A stretch of 64,000 nt of DNA from a virus: positions 1-64,000 of IMG/VR virus record IMGVR_UViG_3300032241_003073, one strand, 5' to 3'. Below the pieces are notes generated by a model, which worked only from the letters and a program-made list of their open reading frames with translations, ran no database searches and was not told the origin of the DNA. Of the stretch, positions 47,755-58,013 are shown one piece after another (the first letter of the stretch is position 1; the number at the start of each line of letters is the position of its first letter). Position numbers and translations under genes: made by a program.

Positions 47755-48420
47755 ATGGCAATTCGTAATAAAGATGGCACTGTATATAGATTATCTGCAC
47801 CGAATCCTGTTATGAATACTCAAGAACTATGGAAAGAGTATCAAATTCACAATATGGAATGGGATACTGAAAAAATTGAAGAAGTTGAATTTATTCAAAA
47901 AAATGATGAACCGCAATATCAAGATGATTTTATTTCTAATTTAGACAAAGCAAAAGAAGAAATAAATGAAAAAGAAGAAATAAAGCCTAAAGAGGAAATA
48001 AAAGCAAAAGAGGAAAAGTTTGATTATATTTCTGAAGGAGAATCAAAAGTAGAAGGCTTTTCAAGAAAATCTATTATTAAGCCTGATCCTAAAGATGATG
48101 ATGAAGAACAAGATGTCATTAAAAAAGTTTTTATTCATTGTCTTCCTGCAAAGATTCGAGAGAGAAAAGATTCACTTTATGGTGATTCTTATAAAACTGT
48201 ACAATACGATGCTCCAACATCTTTTGAAGGTGTGGTTTTGCGTCAAGAGGATTTATTTATAGATGTTTGGGTAGATTTTGATGGCATTGGAATTGGTTCT
48301 ATTCTTTATCCAAAAGAAAATTTTAAAAGATGGTGGAGAGTTCAAGAAAAAATGAAAAAAGCAGGAGGTTGGATATTGACGGCAGTTCCATCAAGTTTCC
48401 AACCTTCTTTCGAATTATGA
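47755..48420 (+). CDS. hypothetical protein
   Basis: N-terminus MAIRNKDGTVYRL resembles that of the divergent gp14-like protein (MALKNLDGTCYQL). Confidence 0.7.
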   Translation: MAIRNKDGTVYRLSAPNPVMNTQELWKEYQIHNMEWDTEKIEEVEFIQKNDEPQYQDDFISNLDKAKEEINEKEEIKPKEEIKAKEEKFDYISEGESKVEGFSRKSIIKPDPKDDDEEQDVIKKVFIHCLPAKIRERKDSLYGDSYKTVQYDAPTSFEGVVLRQEDLFIDVWVDFDGIGIGSILYPKENFKRWWRVQEKMKKAGGWILTAVPSSFQPSFEL

Positions 48421-48687
48421 TTTTGTTTCTCCCGGCACAATTCTGGCAACCAATCCTGCTTTTTTAAGTTGCTCTCGATGATCTTCTACAGCTTTTGTGT
48501 ATGCTGTTTCATACACATCTCTTATTAGCTTTAAAAAAGAATTTAAATCACCTTCAGTCATTAGGGAAACACTCAGTCTTTCAATAATTGGTTCGTTTGA
48601 AGAGTATTTTTCTTGCAATACTTCAAACATTGTTTTTTTTATATAATGACTACGAGGATTACTCATAAAGTCCATCCAATTTGCCAC
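48415..48687 (-). CDS. hypothetical protein
   Basis: GAGGAG RBS, GTG start. Confidence 0.65.
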   Translation of the reverse strand: MANWMDFMSNPRSHYIKKTMFEVLQEKYSSNEPIIERLSVSLMTEGDLNSFLKLIRDVYETAYTKAVEDHREQLKKAGLVARIVPGETKS

Positions 48688-48688
48688 T

Positions 48689-51496
48689 TCAATCTCCTCT
48701 CTCTTTTAATGCTTTTTGAATGTTTTGAATTGAAGATTGGTATTGTTTCATCTCTTCTTCGTTTTGCGTTAATTTTATTTTTGTTTCAAACCATTGCAAA
48801 AGATTGTTTAGAGATTTTGGATTGGTTGTTTTGTCATATAACCATAATGAATTATGAGCAATTCCAACATAATCTCCTTTTGCTTTTTGTTCTGCAAAAT
48901 TACCATTGTTCATTGGTATCGTTGGAACAGATAAAGTTGGTTTTGGCGTTATTATTCTTGCAGCTTTTTTAATTTCTTCAGGCTTTTGTGAGAATCCAAA
49001 TTTTTTGTCAATTTCTTTTTGTAGTAGTGATAATATTGATTCGTCGTTTGAAGCATTTATTTGGGCTGCAATGCCAAGTGCGGCTTTGCTGTATTTTTCT
49101 CCTGTTTTTGGTTTCGCTATTTTTTCTATTTGTGATTCTTCCATATTTTGTTTTTCAACCAAATCTAAAAATCTTTCTAAAGAATCTAATGCTTCTTGTT
49201 CTTTTGGATTTTTTTGCATTGTAATAATGCCTTCTGATTCTTTTGCTTGCACAACCAAAGGATGTTTTTCAAATGCTTGCAATAAAGACTCAGATGTTTT
49301 ATTTCCTTCTTTTATCCAAGAAATAATTGTTTTTTGTGCTGTATTGTCTGCTTGTTCTTGAGATGTTCCTGTTTTTTGTTGAATTAATTCCGCAAGTGTA
49401 TTTTTAAGTTTAACTTGGAATATGATTTTATCATGAAGTCCCAATTCATAAATATCTGCATTTTTTTCTGCGTCTGTGCTTTGAGCAACTGTTTGCTTTG
49501 CTGCTGTGTTGATTTCATCTGTCATTTTTGCATCTTTTCTTATGGAAGATAATGAAGATCTTAAATTTTGTAAATCATAAGGAAAATTACGACCAGAAGT
49601 GTCTAGTATTTTTTGTCCTTTTTTCCTTTTTTCTTCAGAAGACGATCCATATAAAGATGCAGGGCCTTCTTTCGTTCGTGATTCAATTTCTGCTGTAATA
49701 TTTTTTTCTTCTCCTCCTCCTGAGAAGTATTGTGTTTTTTGGATTTGTCCTAAAATCCTAGTTCTACGAGTTCCACCTCCAGATAAATCTTTTTGTAAAA
49801 CAACGCCGATTTTATTGCGTGCAAAGTCTCTTCTTCCTGCTGCATCTAATAATTTCTTGTTTCCTAGATCTGCTATCATTTTCATAAAAACTAATTGATG
49901 AAAATCTTCTATTTCACTTCTTAATATTTCTATTTCATGGTTTGTTGCACCGCCACATCCATGTTTTAAACATTGTCTAATTCCCATTATAATATCTTCA
50001 AGATAATCTCCTTTTCCTGGCTCAAAATTGTTTTTTGAATCAATTCCGCCTCTTCTTTGAGAATTAATTATTTTTTCATATAGTTCATTATATTGTGGAT
50101 CTGCTGGCGTGACTTTTGTTGATCTTTCGCTGCTTTTGTTTATACTCATAGACCCAGGAGATTCATGTCTTGTTCCTTGGAATTCTTCATCATTAACTTT
50201 AACAAATTGTTTGTTGTGTCCTCTTAATTTTTCTTTTGGAACATTAATGATTCTTTGTCCTGTTTGTGGATCTGTTATAAAATCATTTTTTTCTTTTCCT
50301 AATTCACGCAAATAATGAGCGGGATTTACAATTGGAACCATTTTTTCAACTAGGTTTCCGTTTTCATGCAGAATTCTTTTTTCAAAAGGTAAATATAATG
50401 GAGGGTTTTTAATTTTGCCTCCTTCTATTGTTGGAGAAAACCCATCTTCATTCACTCCGGGAATTGGCGGTCCTTTTAACTCTCCTGATTTTATCATCTG
50501 TTTCAGTTTAATATCTGTAATTTCTTCTGCTTTCTTTTTTCTTTTTGTTATATTTTTTGCATATTCTGGATCGTGTTCTAATTTTAATAATTCTTGATTT
50601 AAAATAATTTCTTTGGCTCGTGATACAGTAAATGTATCTTCAAATCCATTTACCTCTTGCCATACTACATCCTTTGGAAGATCTCCAAACATTCTATGAC
50701 TATTGGCATTTAAAAAATCTCTTAACGCACTTTGAATAACTTGATTTTTAGGAAAATTCATTCCTTGGGTTGTTCTTGTGGGATCTTTATCTTCTTCATC
50801 ATTATCTTCATATTCATCGGAAATTGGATTTGTCATGTCAAACCCATATAGACCTTTGCCAGAAGGAAGTCCTGACTCTGGATGAAAATCCTCTCCGTGT
50901 GTGGTTTCTAATTTGTGATATAAACGATTAAGATATGGTTTTGCTCTAAATTTTGTTACTTTTTTAACACCAACTTTTTTATCGCTTGAATTTAATGAGA
51001 ATTCTACTTCTTCATTTGGATCTTCTAAAAGATGTGGAGTTTTTTGTTTAACATAATAATGTGCAATTTGTTTTGCTTTTTCCATAATTTGATTATCACT
51101 TAATCCTTTTGTGCTTGTTAAATGATTAAATTCTTCTTTATCTAAAAAATATTTTTTAATTGAATCAAAATTTTTTTCTTTTATTCCTTGGTATATTTCA
51201 TCTATAATTTCGCCTTCTTTGTGATCTTCTTGTCTGTGATTATGAAGCCTTTCTACAGCTTTAAATAACATGTCATATCTGGCTTTTATGGCATTTTTCC
51301 AATAATCATGTGGAAATTGTTTTAGAAAATTAATATCTTCTTTGTCAATTTTGATAGGATATTCATTTCTTATATCACCAAATCTTGCCATTTCATGGAA
51401 AATTTTGAAATAGTTTGGCCTTAAAAATTCATATTTTGAATTTTCACTAAAATCTTTTAAAATGAAGTCACGAAATGATTTAATTAATGAAGCCAT
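48689..51496 (-). CDS. large hypothetical protein (935 aa), candidate internal head protein
   Basis: IKSFRDFILKD near the N-terminus; AAGGTG RBS. Confidence 0.75.
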   Translation of the reverse strand: MASLIKSFRDFILKDFSENSKYEFLRPNYFKIFHEMARFGDIRNEYPIKIDKEDINFLKQFPHDYWKNAIKARYDMLFKAVERLHNHRQEDHKEGEIIDEIYQGIKEKNFDSIKKYFLDKEEFNHLTSTKGLSDNQIMEKAKQIAHYYVKQKTPHLLEDPNEEVEFSLNSSDKKVGVKKVTKFRAKPYLNRLYHKLETTHGEDFHPESGLPSGKGLYGFDMTNPISDEYEDNDEEDKDPTRTTQGMNFPKNQVIQSALRDFLNANSHRMFGDLPKDVVWQEVNGFEDTFTVSRAKEIILNQELLKLEHDPEYAKNITKRKKKAEEITDIKLKQMIKSGELKGPPIPGVNEDGFSPTIEGGKIKNPPLYLPFEKRILHENGNLVEKMVPIVNPAHYLRELGKEKNDFITDPQTGQRIINVPKEKLRGHNKQFVKVNDEEFQGTRHESPGSMSINKSSERSTKVTPADPQYNELYEKIINSQRRGGIDSKNNFEPGKGDYLEDIIMGIRQCLKHGCGGATNHEIEILRSEIEDFHQLVFMKMIADLGNKKLLDAAGRRDFARNKIGVVLQKDLSGGGTRRTRILGQIQKTQYFSGGGEEKNITAEIESRTKEGPASLYGSSSEEKRKKGQKILDTSGRNFPYDLQNLRSSLSSIRKDAKMTDEINTAAKQTVAQSTDAEKNADIYELGLHDKIIFQVKLKNTLAELIQQKTGTSQEQADNTAQKTIISWIKEGNKTSESLLQAFEKHPLVVQAKESEGIITMQKNPKEQEALDSLERFLDLVEKQNMEESQIEKIAKPKTGEKYSKAALGIAAQINASNDESILSLLQKEIDKKFGFSQKPEEIKKAARIITPKPTLSVPTIPMNNGNFAEQKAKGDYVGIAHNSLWLYDKTTNPKSLNNLLQWFETKIKLTQNEEEMKQYQSSIQNIQKALKERGD

Positions 51497-51543
51497 ATTA
51501 CACCTTTACTAGTTTCAATCGGATTTATGATATATATGTTACT

Positions 51544-52413
51544 ATGAACAATAATATGCTATTTATTCCCCGGCCAACTTCTGATCAATATTCTCAACTT
51601 TGTTGTGGTGGTTGTAATGATTTAGGTCCAACAGATCCTATAGATAGAATTGGACCACGTAAAAATAGAGAAAAAGTTCGTGGGCAAATTAAAGATTATG
51701 TGTTAACAATGCTGGGAGCACCCGTACTTCCATTAGAGTTAGACGATCAACAAGTTGAAAATTCTATAGATTTTGCACTTCAAGTTTTTGAGGATTATGC
51801 TCCTATGGAATATTTTCAATATTATACTTTTTATACCGTTCCCGGACAAAGTGTTTATAAACTACCACCAGACGTTGGTTTTATAAGACAAATATCATAT
51901 AAAGAAACTGCAAACTATGCATTTTCGGCTTCAGATTTAGGAGGAGTAATTCCTTTAGAATATATGGGTGCTGGAGCTTACGGATCTATTGCAGGTGGTA
52001 TTAATCCACAACAACCTGTTTGGGGTAAAATGGCAGATTGGGTAATGTACAAACAATATGAAGATATGTATAATAGAATTTCAGGCCAGCAGGGAGGATG
52101 GGAGTATCTAGCAGGATATAATCATGTGAAATTGTATCCTATTCCATATAGAACATATCCTGTTGCTGTCCACTATTTACAAAGAAGACCCGACTTTAGG
52201 CTTGTCACTCAGGCAATGCAAGAAGGTGCCTTGGCATTTGCTAAAATTATTTTAGGAAGAATTCGCAGTCGTATATCCAATCCTCCAGGGCCAAATGGTG
52301 GAATTCAATTGGATGGAGCCACAATTCTTGCAGAAGGACTACAAGAAAAAAAAGATTGGGAAGAAAGACTGATTAACAGATTTGGTGATTTGCTCGGACC
52401 ACGCATGATGTGA
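51544..52413 (+). CDS. neck protein (gp13-like)
   Basis: KDYVLTMLGAPVLPLELDDQQV, ALAFAKIILG..R, P.GGIQLDG. Confidence 0.85.
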   Translation: MNNNMLFIPRPTSDQYSQLCCGGCNDLGPTDPIDRIGPRKNREKVRGQIKDYVLTMLGAPVLPLELDDQQVENSIDFALQVFEDYAPMEYFQYYTFYTVPGQSVYKLPPDVGFIRQISYKETANYAFSASDLGGVIPLEYMGAGAYGSIAGGINPQQPVWGKMADWVMYKQYEDMYNRISGQQGGWEYLAGYNHVKLYPIPYRTYPVAVHYLQRRPDFRLVTQAMQEGALAFAKIILGRIRSRISNPPGPNGGIQLDGATILAEGLQEKKDWEERLINRFGDLLGPRMM

Positions 52414-52438
52414 CGTGTAATTTTTATAAAAGGCAAAA

Positions 52439-53296
52439 ATGAGAAGAAAAAAAAATCAAATTTGTGCATTTTCTTGGTATGGTGGAAAAACTTATCACTT
52501 AGATTGGATTTTACCCATTATAAATCAAGTAGATCACAAAATTTATATTGAATCTTTTGGTGGATCTGCTGCTGTATTGCTAAATAAAAAACCAAGCCCA
52601 ATAGAAGTTTATAATGATATTCATGGAGATCTTGTGAATTTTTTTAGGGTTCTTAGAACAGAAGGAGAAGATTTGATTTCTCTTTTACAGTTGACTCCTT
52701 ACAGCAGAGAAGAATTTGTATTATCGTGCGAAATTCCAAAAAATTTATCACCATTAGAAAGAGCAAGAATGTTTTTTGTTAGAGCGAGACAAATTAGAAA
52801 TGGCCTTGCTACTAATGCGACTCCTGGAAAGTGGAGTTATACAAAAAAAGATGTAAGAAGAAATTGGGCATTGCCTATCAGTCAATGGTTTAATGCTATA
52901 GATTCGTTAGAAGATATTTGCACTCGAATTGGTCAAGTTCAAATTGAAAATTTAGATGCATTCGATATTATTCAAAGATATGATACTCCTGAGTCTTTGC
53001 ATTATATAGATCCTCCTTATTTGTTAAGTTCTAGAACTGGAGGAAAAAATTATGAATATGAATACAATGAAGATCAGCATGTTAATTTAATTAATTTACT
53101 ATTAAATTTAAAAGGCAAAGTTGTTATTTCGGGTTACAAGAATGAATTATATCCTTCTTTGTTGAAAGGTTGGAATGAATATAGAAGGGCTGAATCTTTT
53201 GCAAATACAACTTTAAATAATGGTGAAAAAAAGTTAAGACAAGAAGTTATTTGGACAAATTTTGAATGCTCATTAGGCAAAGAAGGTTGGGAATGA
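52439..53296 (+). CDS. Dam/D12-class N6-adenine DNA methyltransferase
   Basis: WYGGK, ESFGGSAAV, EVYNDI, YIDPPY. Confidence 0.92.
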   Translation: MRRKKNQICAFSWYGGKTYHLDWILPIINQVDHKIYIESFGGSAAVLLNKKPSPIEVYNDIHGDLVNFFRVLRTEGEDLISLLQLTPYSREEFVLSCEIPKNLSPLERARMFFVRARQIRNGLATNATPGKWSYTKKDVRRNWALPISQWFNAIDSLEDICTRIGQVQIENLDAFDIIQRYDTPESLHYIDPPYLLSSRTGGKNYEYEYNEDQHVNLINLLLNLKGKVVISGYKNELYPSLLKGWNEYRRAESFANTTLNNGEKKLRQEVIWTNFECSLGKEGWE

Positions 53297-53892
53297 AGAA
53301 CTTCCAAAATTGGCGAAACGAACAAAATATAGAAAAAAATAAAGATTTTTACGTTACCAGAGATGAGTTTTTAAATATTTGTCAAAAATATTTTGATTCT
53401 AATCTTCGTGGATCTATGAAAACTCATCATGAGTACATGCAAGAAAATTTAACAGAAGCTGTAGAAACTTCAAGATATTCAATTGAAGTTAATTATAGAA
53501 CTACGACTAAAGAAGCTTTGGAAGGGTTTGCCAAAATTTGTTTGGGATATGTTAGTGCAGCATTAAAGAATCATGGATATCATACAAAACATGTTTTTTC
53601 TGAAAAACCTTTAAGACTTTTAATTTCTTCTAGAAATTGGGATGATGGAGAGTGGACGGGAGTTGTGACATGGCATCCTGATCATAATTGTTTTGTAATT
53701 AGCAAAGGTTTTTATAATAAAGATCGTAAAACTGTGTCTATTCAAAGTTCACAAAAATGTAATGCAAATTCAGCCTCCGATGTCTCTAAAGAGTTACATA
53801 ACATGATGAATCATTTAAAAAATCAACCAGATAAAACATCAGAAAAAATTAAATTACGTCCTGTACCTTTGAAGAGAGGACCAAAAACATGA
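53293..53892 (+). CDS. hypothetical protein with capsid-targeting-like N-terminus
   Basis: ATGA overlap; MKNFQNWRNE. Confidence 0.7.
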   Translation: MKNFQNWRNEQNIEKNKDFYVTRDEFLNICQKYFDSNLRGSMKTHHEYMQENLTEAVETSRYSIEVNYRTTTKEALEGFAKICLGYVSAALKNHGYHTKHVFSEKPLRLLISSRNWDDGEWTGVVTWHPDHNCFVISKGFYNKDRKTVSIQSSQKCNANSASDVSKELHNMMNHLKNQPDKTSEKIKLRPVPLKRGPKT

Positions 53893-54374
53893 TTGAATTT
53901 TCAAAATGGCGAGAAAAAAAATTAAATGAACAATTTCACAGAATTGGCAAAGACAGTAAAAAATATTGGGGGCGACTTGGTGCTGGAATATTGTTTACAG
54001 ATGGAGAGCGTGTTCTTCTTTTAAGAAGAGATGGCAGCAGTGATAATAAAGGATGTTGGGGAATTCCAGGAGGTAGAGCAAAAGACGGAGAAGCACCAAT
54101 TGATGTTGCACGAAGGGAAACAAAAGAAGAATGCGGTTCGGCTGAAGGTCAAAGATTTGCACATTTTCACAGTGTGGATGGAGCCCATCATTTTCATACT
54201 TATTTGTTTGCAATAGCTTCGCCTTTTGATGTTGAGCTTTCTAAAGAGCACAATCAGTGGAAATGGGTCAAATTAGACAAAGTAAAAGATCTAGATTTAC
54301 ATCCTCGCCTTAAAAAAGATTGGCCTAGTTTTTTAAAGGCGATAAAGAAAAAATTTTCTTTAAAAGATGATTGA
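53889..54374 (+). CDS. NUDIX hydrolase
   Basis: WGIPGG...GE....ARRETKEECG Nudix box; MIEFSKWREKKLNE N-terminus. Confidence 0.92.
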   Translation: MIEFSKWREKKLNEQFHRIGKDSKKYWGRLGAGILFTDGERVLLLRRDGSSDNKGCWGIPGGRAKDGEAPIDVARRETKEECGSAEGQRFAHFHSVDGAHHFHTYLFAIASPFDVELSKEHNQWKWVKLDKVKDLDLHPRLKKDWPSFLKAIKKKFSLKDD

Positions 54375-54423
54375 ATTTATGATTTGTATTTTGTATATTT
54401 AAAATTTTAAGGAATAATGTCAG

Positions 54424-54819
54424 ATGTTTGAATTAATTCTTGTGGTTTTGATGCAAGTTCGGCCTGACACGACAACCGAAAAAATAATTGTTCAAAAAGT
54501 AGAAATTATTTTAAGAGACACAGACGAATCAAAAAACTTAATTCATCCAGAAGCCACCCAATTAAAAAAAATTAAAAAAGAAAGAATTTGGGTTGATTCT
54601 GGTTGTGTAAAAATTTTTGGTAACGATTGGTGTCTTGTTCCGATAAACATAACAGTTGGTCCTAAAAAAGTAGTAAGATCTTTTTTTATTGGCGAGAAAA
54701 TAAATGAAAATTGGAAATTTATTGATGAGCCTAATTATCGTGATATAGTTTCAAAAAATTCTTATTATATTTCAGATAATATAAAAATTTTTGTTGAAAA
54801 ACATTTTTTCTCATATTAG
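54424..54819 (+). CDS. hypothetical protein with hydrophobic N-terminus
   Basis: AAGGA RBS. Confidence 0.6.
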   Translation: MFELILVVLMQVRPDTTTEKIIVQKVEIILRDTDESKNLIHPEATQLKKIKKERIWVDSGCVKIFGNDWCLVPINITVGPKKVVRSFFIGEKINENWKFIDEPNYRDIVSKNSYYISDNIKIFVEKHFFSY

Positions 54820-54828
54820 AATTGTGAT

Positions 54829-55668
54829 ATGAAATTTTATAAGGACTTTCAAATGAAAGATAAAGATCCGTTGGGTGATCGAATGAAGGGTTATGAAAAA
54901 CAATACGATGGGAATTTAATGGATTTACTTCCCATTTGTGCAAGAATTGATGGAAGGTGCTTTCATTCTTTTACTGCTGGTCTAAATAGACCTTATGATT
55001 TAGGCTTGCAAAAAATAATGATTGAAACAACAAAATATCTCATAAATGAAACCAATGCTCTTATTGGATATACTCAATCAGATGAAATTAGTTTGATATG
55101 GTATCACGACAAATCAGAGAAAAGTCAATTGTTTTTTGGTGGAAGAATAATGAAATTGAACAGCATGTTGTCCTCGATGGCGACAGCTTTTTTCAATAAA
55201 AATTTATCTAATTTTATCCCATCTAAATCTGATAAAATGCCAATGTTTGATTCTAGGATTTGGCAAGTTCCAAATAAGACGGAAGCTGCCAATTATTTGT
55301 ATTGGAGAGAAGCTGACGCAATTAGAAATTCCATCAGCATGGCGGCTCAACATTATTATTCTCACAATCAATTGCATAAAAAAACTTCTTCTGAAAAGAA
55401 AAAAATGCTTTTAGAAAAAGGAGTGGTCTGGGAAAATTACCCAGACCATTTTAAAAAAGGTTGTTATTTGAGGAAGTCTTTGTTTAAAAGAAAGTTCACA
55501 TCAGAAGAAATTGAAAAATTGCCTTTGAAACATGAAGCGAGATTAAATCCAGATTTGTTAATTTCTAGGTGTGAAGTGTGTGAAATTGAAGACATTCCTT
55601 TATTTAAAAATATTTCTAATAAAAAAGAATTTATTTTTGATTTAGATTTTCCCTTAATTAAGGATTGA
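54829..55668 (+). CDS. Thg1-like 3'-5' nucleotidyltransferase (tRNA-His guanylyltransferase family)
   Basis: RMKGYE, RIDGRCFH, GYTQSDEISL, FDSR, WREADA.RNS. Confidence 0.93.
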   Translation: MKFYKDFQMKDKDPLGDRMKGYEKQYDGNLMDLLPICARIDGRCFHSFTAGLNRPYDLGLQKIMIETTKYLINETNALIGYTQSDEISLIWYHDKSEKSQLFFGGRIMKLNSMLSSMATAFFNKNLSNFIPSKSDKMPMFDSRIWQVPNKTEAANYLYWREADAIRNSISMAAQHYYSHNQLHKKTSSEKKKMLLEKGVVWENYPDHFKKGCYLRKSLFKRKFTSEEIEKLPLKHEARLNPDLLISRCEVCEIEDIPLFKNISNKKEFIFDLDFPLIKD

Positions 55669-55671
55669 CAC

Positions 55672-56040
55672 ATGTGGCAAATTGATGATCAATTTATTGA
55701 AAAAACCTCAATTGGTTCTTTGGAGCCAATTGAGGTTTTGTTTGAGGTTGGATGTGAAGCAATAACTTATGTTTCTTATGGTTTAAATCAAGAATTAATA
55801 TTGGTTCATATTCTTTGTGTCTCTGGTTCTACATCTCGTTATTTGGCCGTACAAATTGATAATCAAACATTTGAAGATTTAAAAAATGATCGAATTTATT
55901 TTTTTAAACCATTTAAAAATAAGAAATGTTGGATTGTTGATATAGTTCCCGATAAGTTAACACAATGGAGAATAGAGAATTTATTTCTTGTTGATTTTTT
56001 TTCAATCCCCAAAAAATATTTGCCAATTGATCGTGATTAA
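55672..56040 (+). CDS. hypothetical protein
   Basis: AAGGA RBS; ends IPKKYLP. Confidence 0.6.
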   Translation: MWQIDDQFIEKTSIGSLEPIEVLFEVGCEAITYVSYGLNQELILVHILCVSGSTSRYLAVQIDNQTFEDLKNDRIYFFKPFKNKKCWIVDIVPDKLTQWRIENLFLVDFFSIPKKYLPIDRD

Positions 56041-56522
56041 TCGTGTAAAATAATTTCAACACCATCAAGTGGATCTTCAGTTAGAAGAACTTCGGATCGC
56101 TTTTTGGTGGGATATGTGTTGTCATTTAGTGGTCGGCTTTCTTGATTCACAATGATAGTTTCTACTTTTCCATTGTGTGTAATTGTATCTGGCTGATCAA
56201 GTAATAATTTTTTTTCTTGAGACACGTTTTCCTCCATTGTTTGTGGTTGCAAATTTTGATTTGTTATTTTAGGAGATATTTCTTCTACAAATCTAAGAAG
56301 ATTCATTGGAGATCCAACCCATTTCATATAATAGCTATCTCCTTGAAATCTTTTTCTTGGTCCAACCATTCTAATTCCTGAATCTGTTGGTTTGGGAAGT
56401 TTTAAATCGCCATCGGTGTTGTTTTCATATACATAAACACCTGTTCCGCCCATATCATGCTTTAATTTTTCTTCATGAACTTGTCTTCGTTCATAACGAT
56501 TCAATCTTGGTGCATATTTCAT
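56037..56522 (-). CDS. hypothetical protein
   Basis: AAAGG RBS; 161 aa. Confidence 0.65.
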   Translation of the reverse strand: MKYAPRLNRYERRQVHEEKLKHDMGGTGVYVYENNTDGDLKLPKPTDSGIRMVGPRKRFQGDSYYMKWVGSPMNLLRFVEEISPKITNQNLQPQTMEENVSQEKKLLLDQPDTITHNGKVETIIVNQESRPLNDNTYPTKKRSEVLLTEDPLDGVEIILHD

Positions 56523-56626
56523 TTTTTTTACCTTTCTTTAAGCTTATGGTAATTATGAGGTTGAATATTTTTTCCAAACATCATAATATTATAATATGGT
56601 CGTTTGGTAATTTTTTGGAGAAAACA

Positions 56627-56962
56627 ATGAAAAATAAAATGAAAACGCCTCCTTCTTGGACAAATGTTTATCCGCAAGGAACAAAAGAGGGCGATGAAGA
56701 ACAGGGTTTTTTTATTGCTTTAAGCAGAAATCCTAAGTGGCAATGGCGTTCTACTGCACAAATTGCAAAAGAATCTAATTTGACGAGAGAAAGGGTGGAC
56801 GAAATACTGAATAAGTATTGGAAAAAAGGAATGGTTTTCCAAAATCCATCAAATGAAGACCAATGGGGTTACTGGGAACGTGTGCCTGAAATGCTGCCAA
56901 AAGACGAGAAATCTATAACAGAAAAAGATCATGAATATCGAATTAAAAAGGCAAAAAACTAA
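56627..56962 (+). CDS. winged-HTH-like protein
   Basis: GGAG RBS; WRSTAQIAKESNLTRERVDEIL. Confidence 0.65.
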   Translation: MKNKMKTPPSWTNVYPQGTKEGDEEQGFFIALSRNPKWQWRSTAQIAKESNLTRERVDEILNKYWKKGMVFQNPSNEDQWGYWERVPEMLPKDEKSITEKDHEYRIKKAKN

Positions 56963-56997
56963 AAAAAAAACCACAGCTTATGGCTGTGGTTTTTTTA
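56961..56997. terminator. bidirectional intrinsic terminator
   Basis: A-run CCACAGC-TTATG-GCTGTGG T-run between convergent genes. Confidence 0.88.
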
Positions 56998-57231
56998 TCA
57001 ACCAGATGTATCTGGTTTCTTTTTTGGATTTCCGTTCTTATCATACCCCATTTTAAATAAAGCATCAGCAGCATAAGGTGTAAAATAAGCATCTGGATAT
57101 TGGTGGCGAACATAAGCATCTGGATAAGCCCAATATGCAATTCCCGCTCTTTTTATTCCAGACTTTTCGTCGTGCTTATAAAGTGGCAATTCTTTTTTAG
57201 ATTCGCCTGCCCATTGAATAAATGATTTCAT
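56998..57231 (-). CDS. small protein with capsid-targeting-like N-terminus
   Basis: GAGGA RBS; MKSFIQWAGE; YPDAY x2. Confidence 0.7.
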   Translation of the reverse strand: MKSFIQWAGESKKELPLYKHDEKSGIKRAGIAYWAYPDAYVRHQYPDAYFTPYAADALFKMGYDKNGNPKKKPDTSG

Positions 57232-57339
57232 ATTTTTCCTCATTCTTACTGTTTGAGTTTAAACTCTCTTGTTATTATATATGAGTTTGTTTGTAATTTT
57301 AAAAATTACTGACTTTTTTAAATTTTTTATAAAAAAATA

Positions 57340-57368
57340 TTGATTTACAAGCAGTTAGTAACTAAAAT
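57340..57368 (+). promoter_or_regulatory. sigma70-type promoter
   Basis: TTGATT-17 nt-TAAAAT with an A-tract upstream. Confidence 0.6.
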
Positions 57369-57421
57369 TAAAAAAGTGATGGATTTGCATCACAGATTTT
57401 TAAAAGGGCATAGGAAAAGAG

Positions 57422-57727
57422 ATGAGCAACACACTTTCTGTTCGATTGACTGGCCGAAAGACTGAAACAAGCGAATATTATGAAGGAACTGTAAGCATTG
57501 TTGGGCTAAAGCCAACCAAGTTGGCACGCCGCAGCGATGGTGGAACTCAGTTCCCTAATAAGTCCGCAGTAGGTGGAGCAGCTAGGGCTTTGGCAAAGTC
57601 TTTGGGTTTTGCTGATGTTGCTGTTGAAGATACAACCAAGCCCAAGGTTGCTTCTGTAAAGAAGGCAGCGGCCAAGAAGTCACCAATTAAGAAGTCTGCA
57701 AATCAAAGTACAAATAATAATTCTTGA
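57422..57727 (+). CDS. small basic protein with Lys/Ala-rich (histone H1-like) tail
   Basis: KPKVASVKKAAAKKSPIKKSA. Confidence 0.75.
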   Translation: MSNTLSVRLTGRKTETSEYYEGTVSIVGLKPTKLARRSDGGTQFPNKSAVGGAARALAKSLGFADVAVEDTTKPKVASVKKAAAKKSPIKKSANQSTNNNS

Positions 57728-57747
57728 TTTTTACAAACTTTTTAAAT

Positions 57748-57792
57748 AAAAAAGGGACAAATAAGCAATAAGTGCTTATTTGTCCCTTTTTT
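57748..57792 (+). terminator. intrinsic terminator
   Basis: GGGACAAATAAGCA/TGCTTATTTGTCCC stem plus T-run. Confidence 0.9.
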
Positions 57793-57818
57793 ATTTTAGA
57801 TTTTTCATAAATACATAT

Positions 57819-58004
57819 ATGGATAATTCACAGACTACAAATGGATTAAATAGTTCTGGATGTGGTTGTGGTAAAAATAATTCTAAATCTATTGTTAAAC
57901 CAAAACCATTAAGCCAAAAACAAGAAGATTTAATTAACAGAATTCAAAAAACAAATCATAAAAATGATTCTGTTTATAAAACAAATACACGTTATTTTAT
58001 TTGA
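57819..58004 (+). CDS. small basic CGC-motif protein
   Basis: SSGCGCGK; TAAATA 5 nt before ATG. Confidence 0.6.
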   Translation: MDNSQTTNGLNSSGCGCGKNNSKSIVKPKPLSQKQEDLINRIQKTNHKNDSVYKTNTRYFI

Positions 58005-58013
58005 GGAGTTAAT

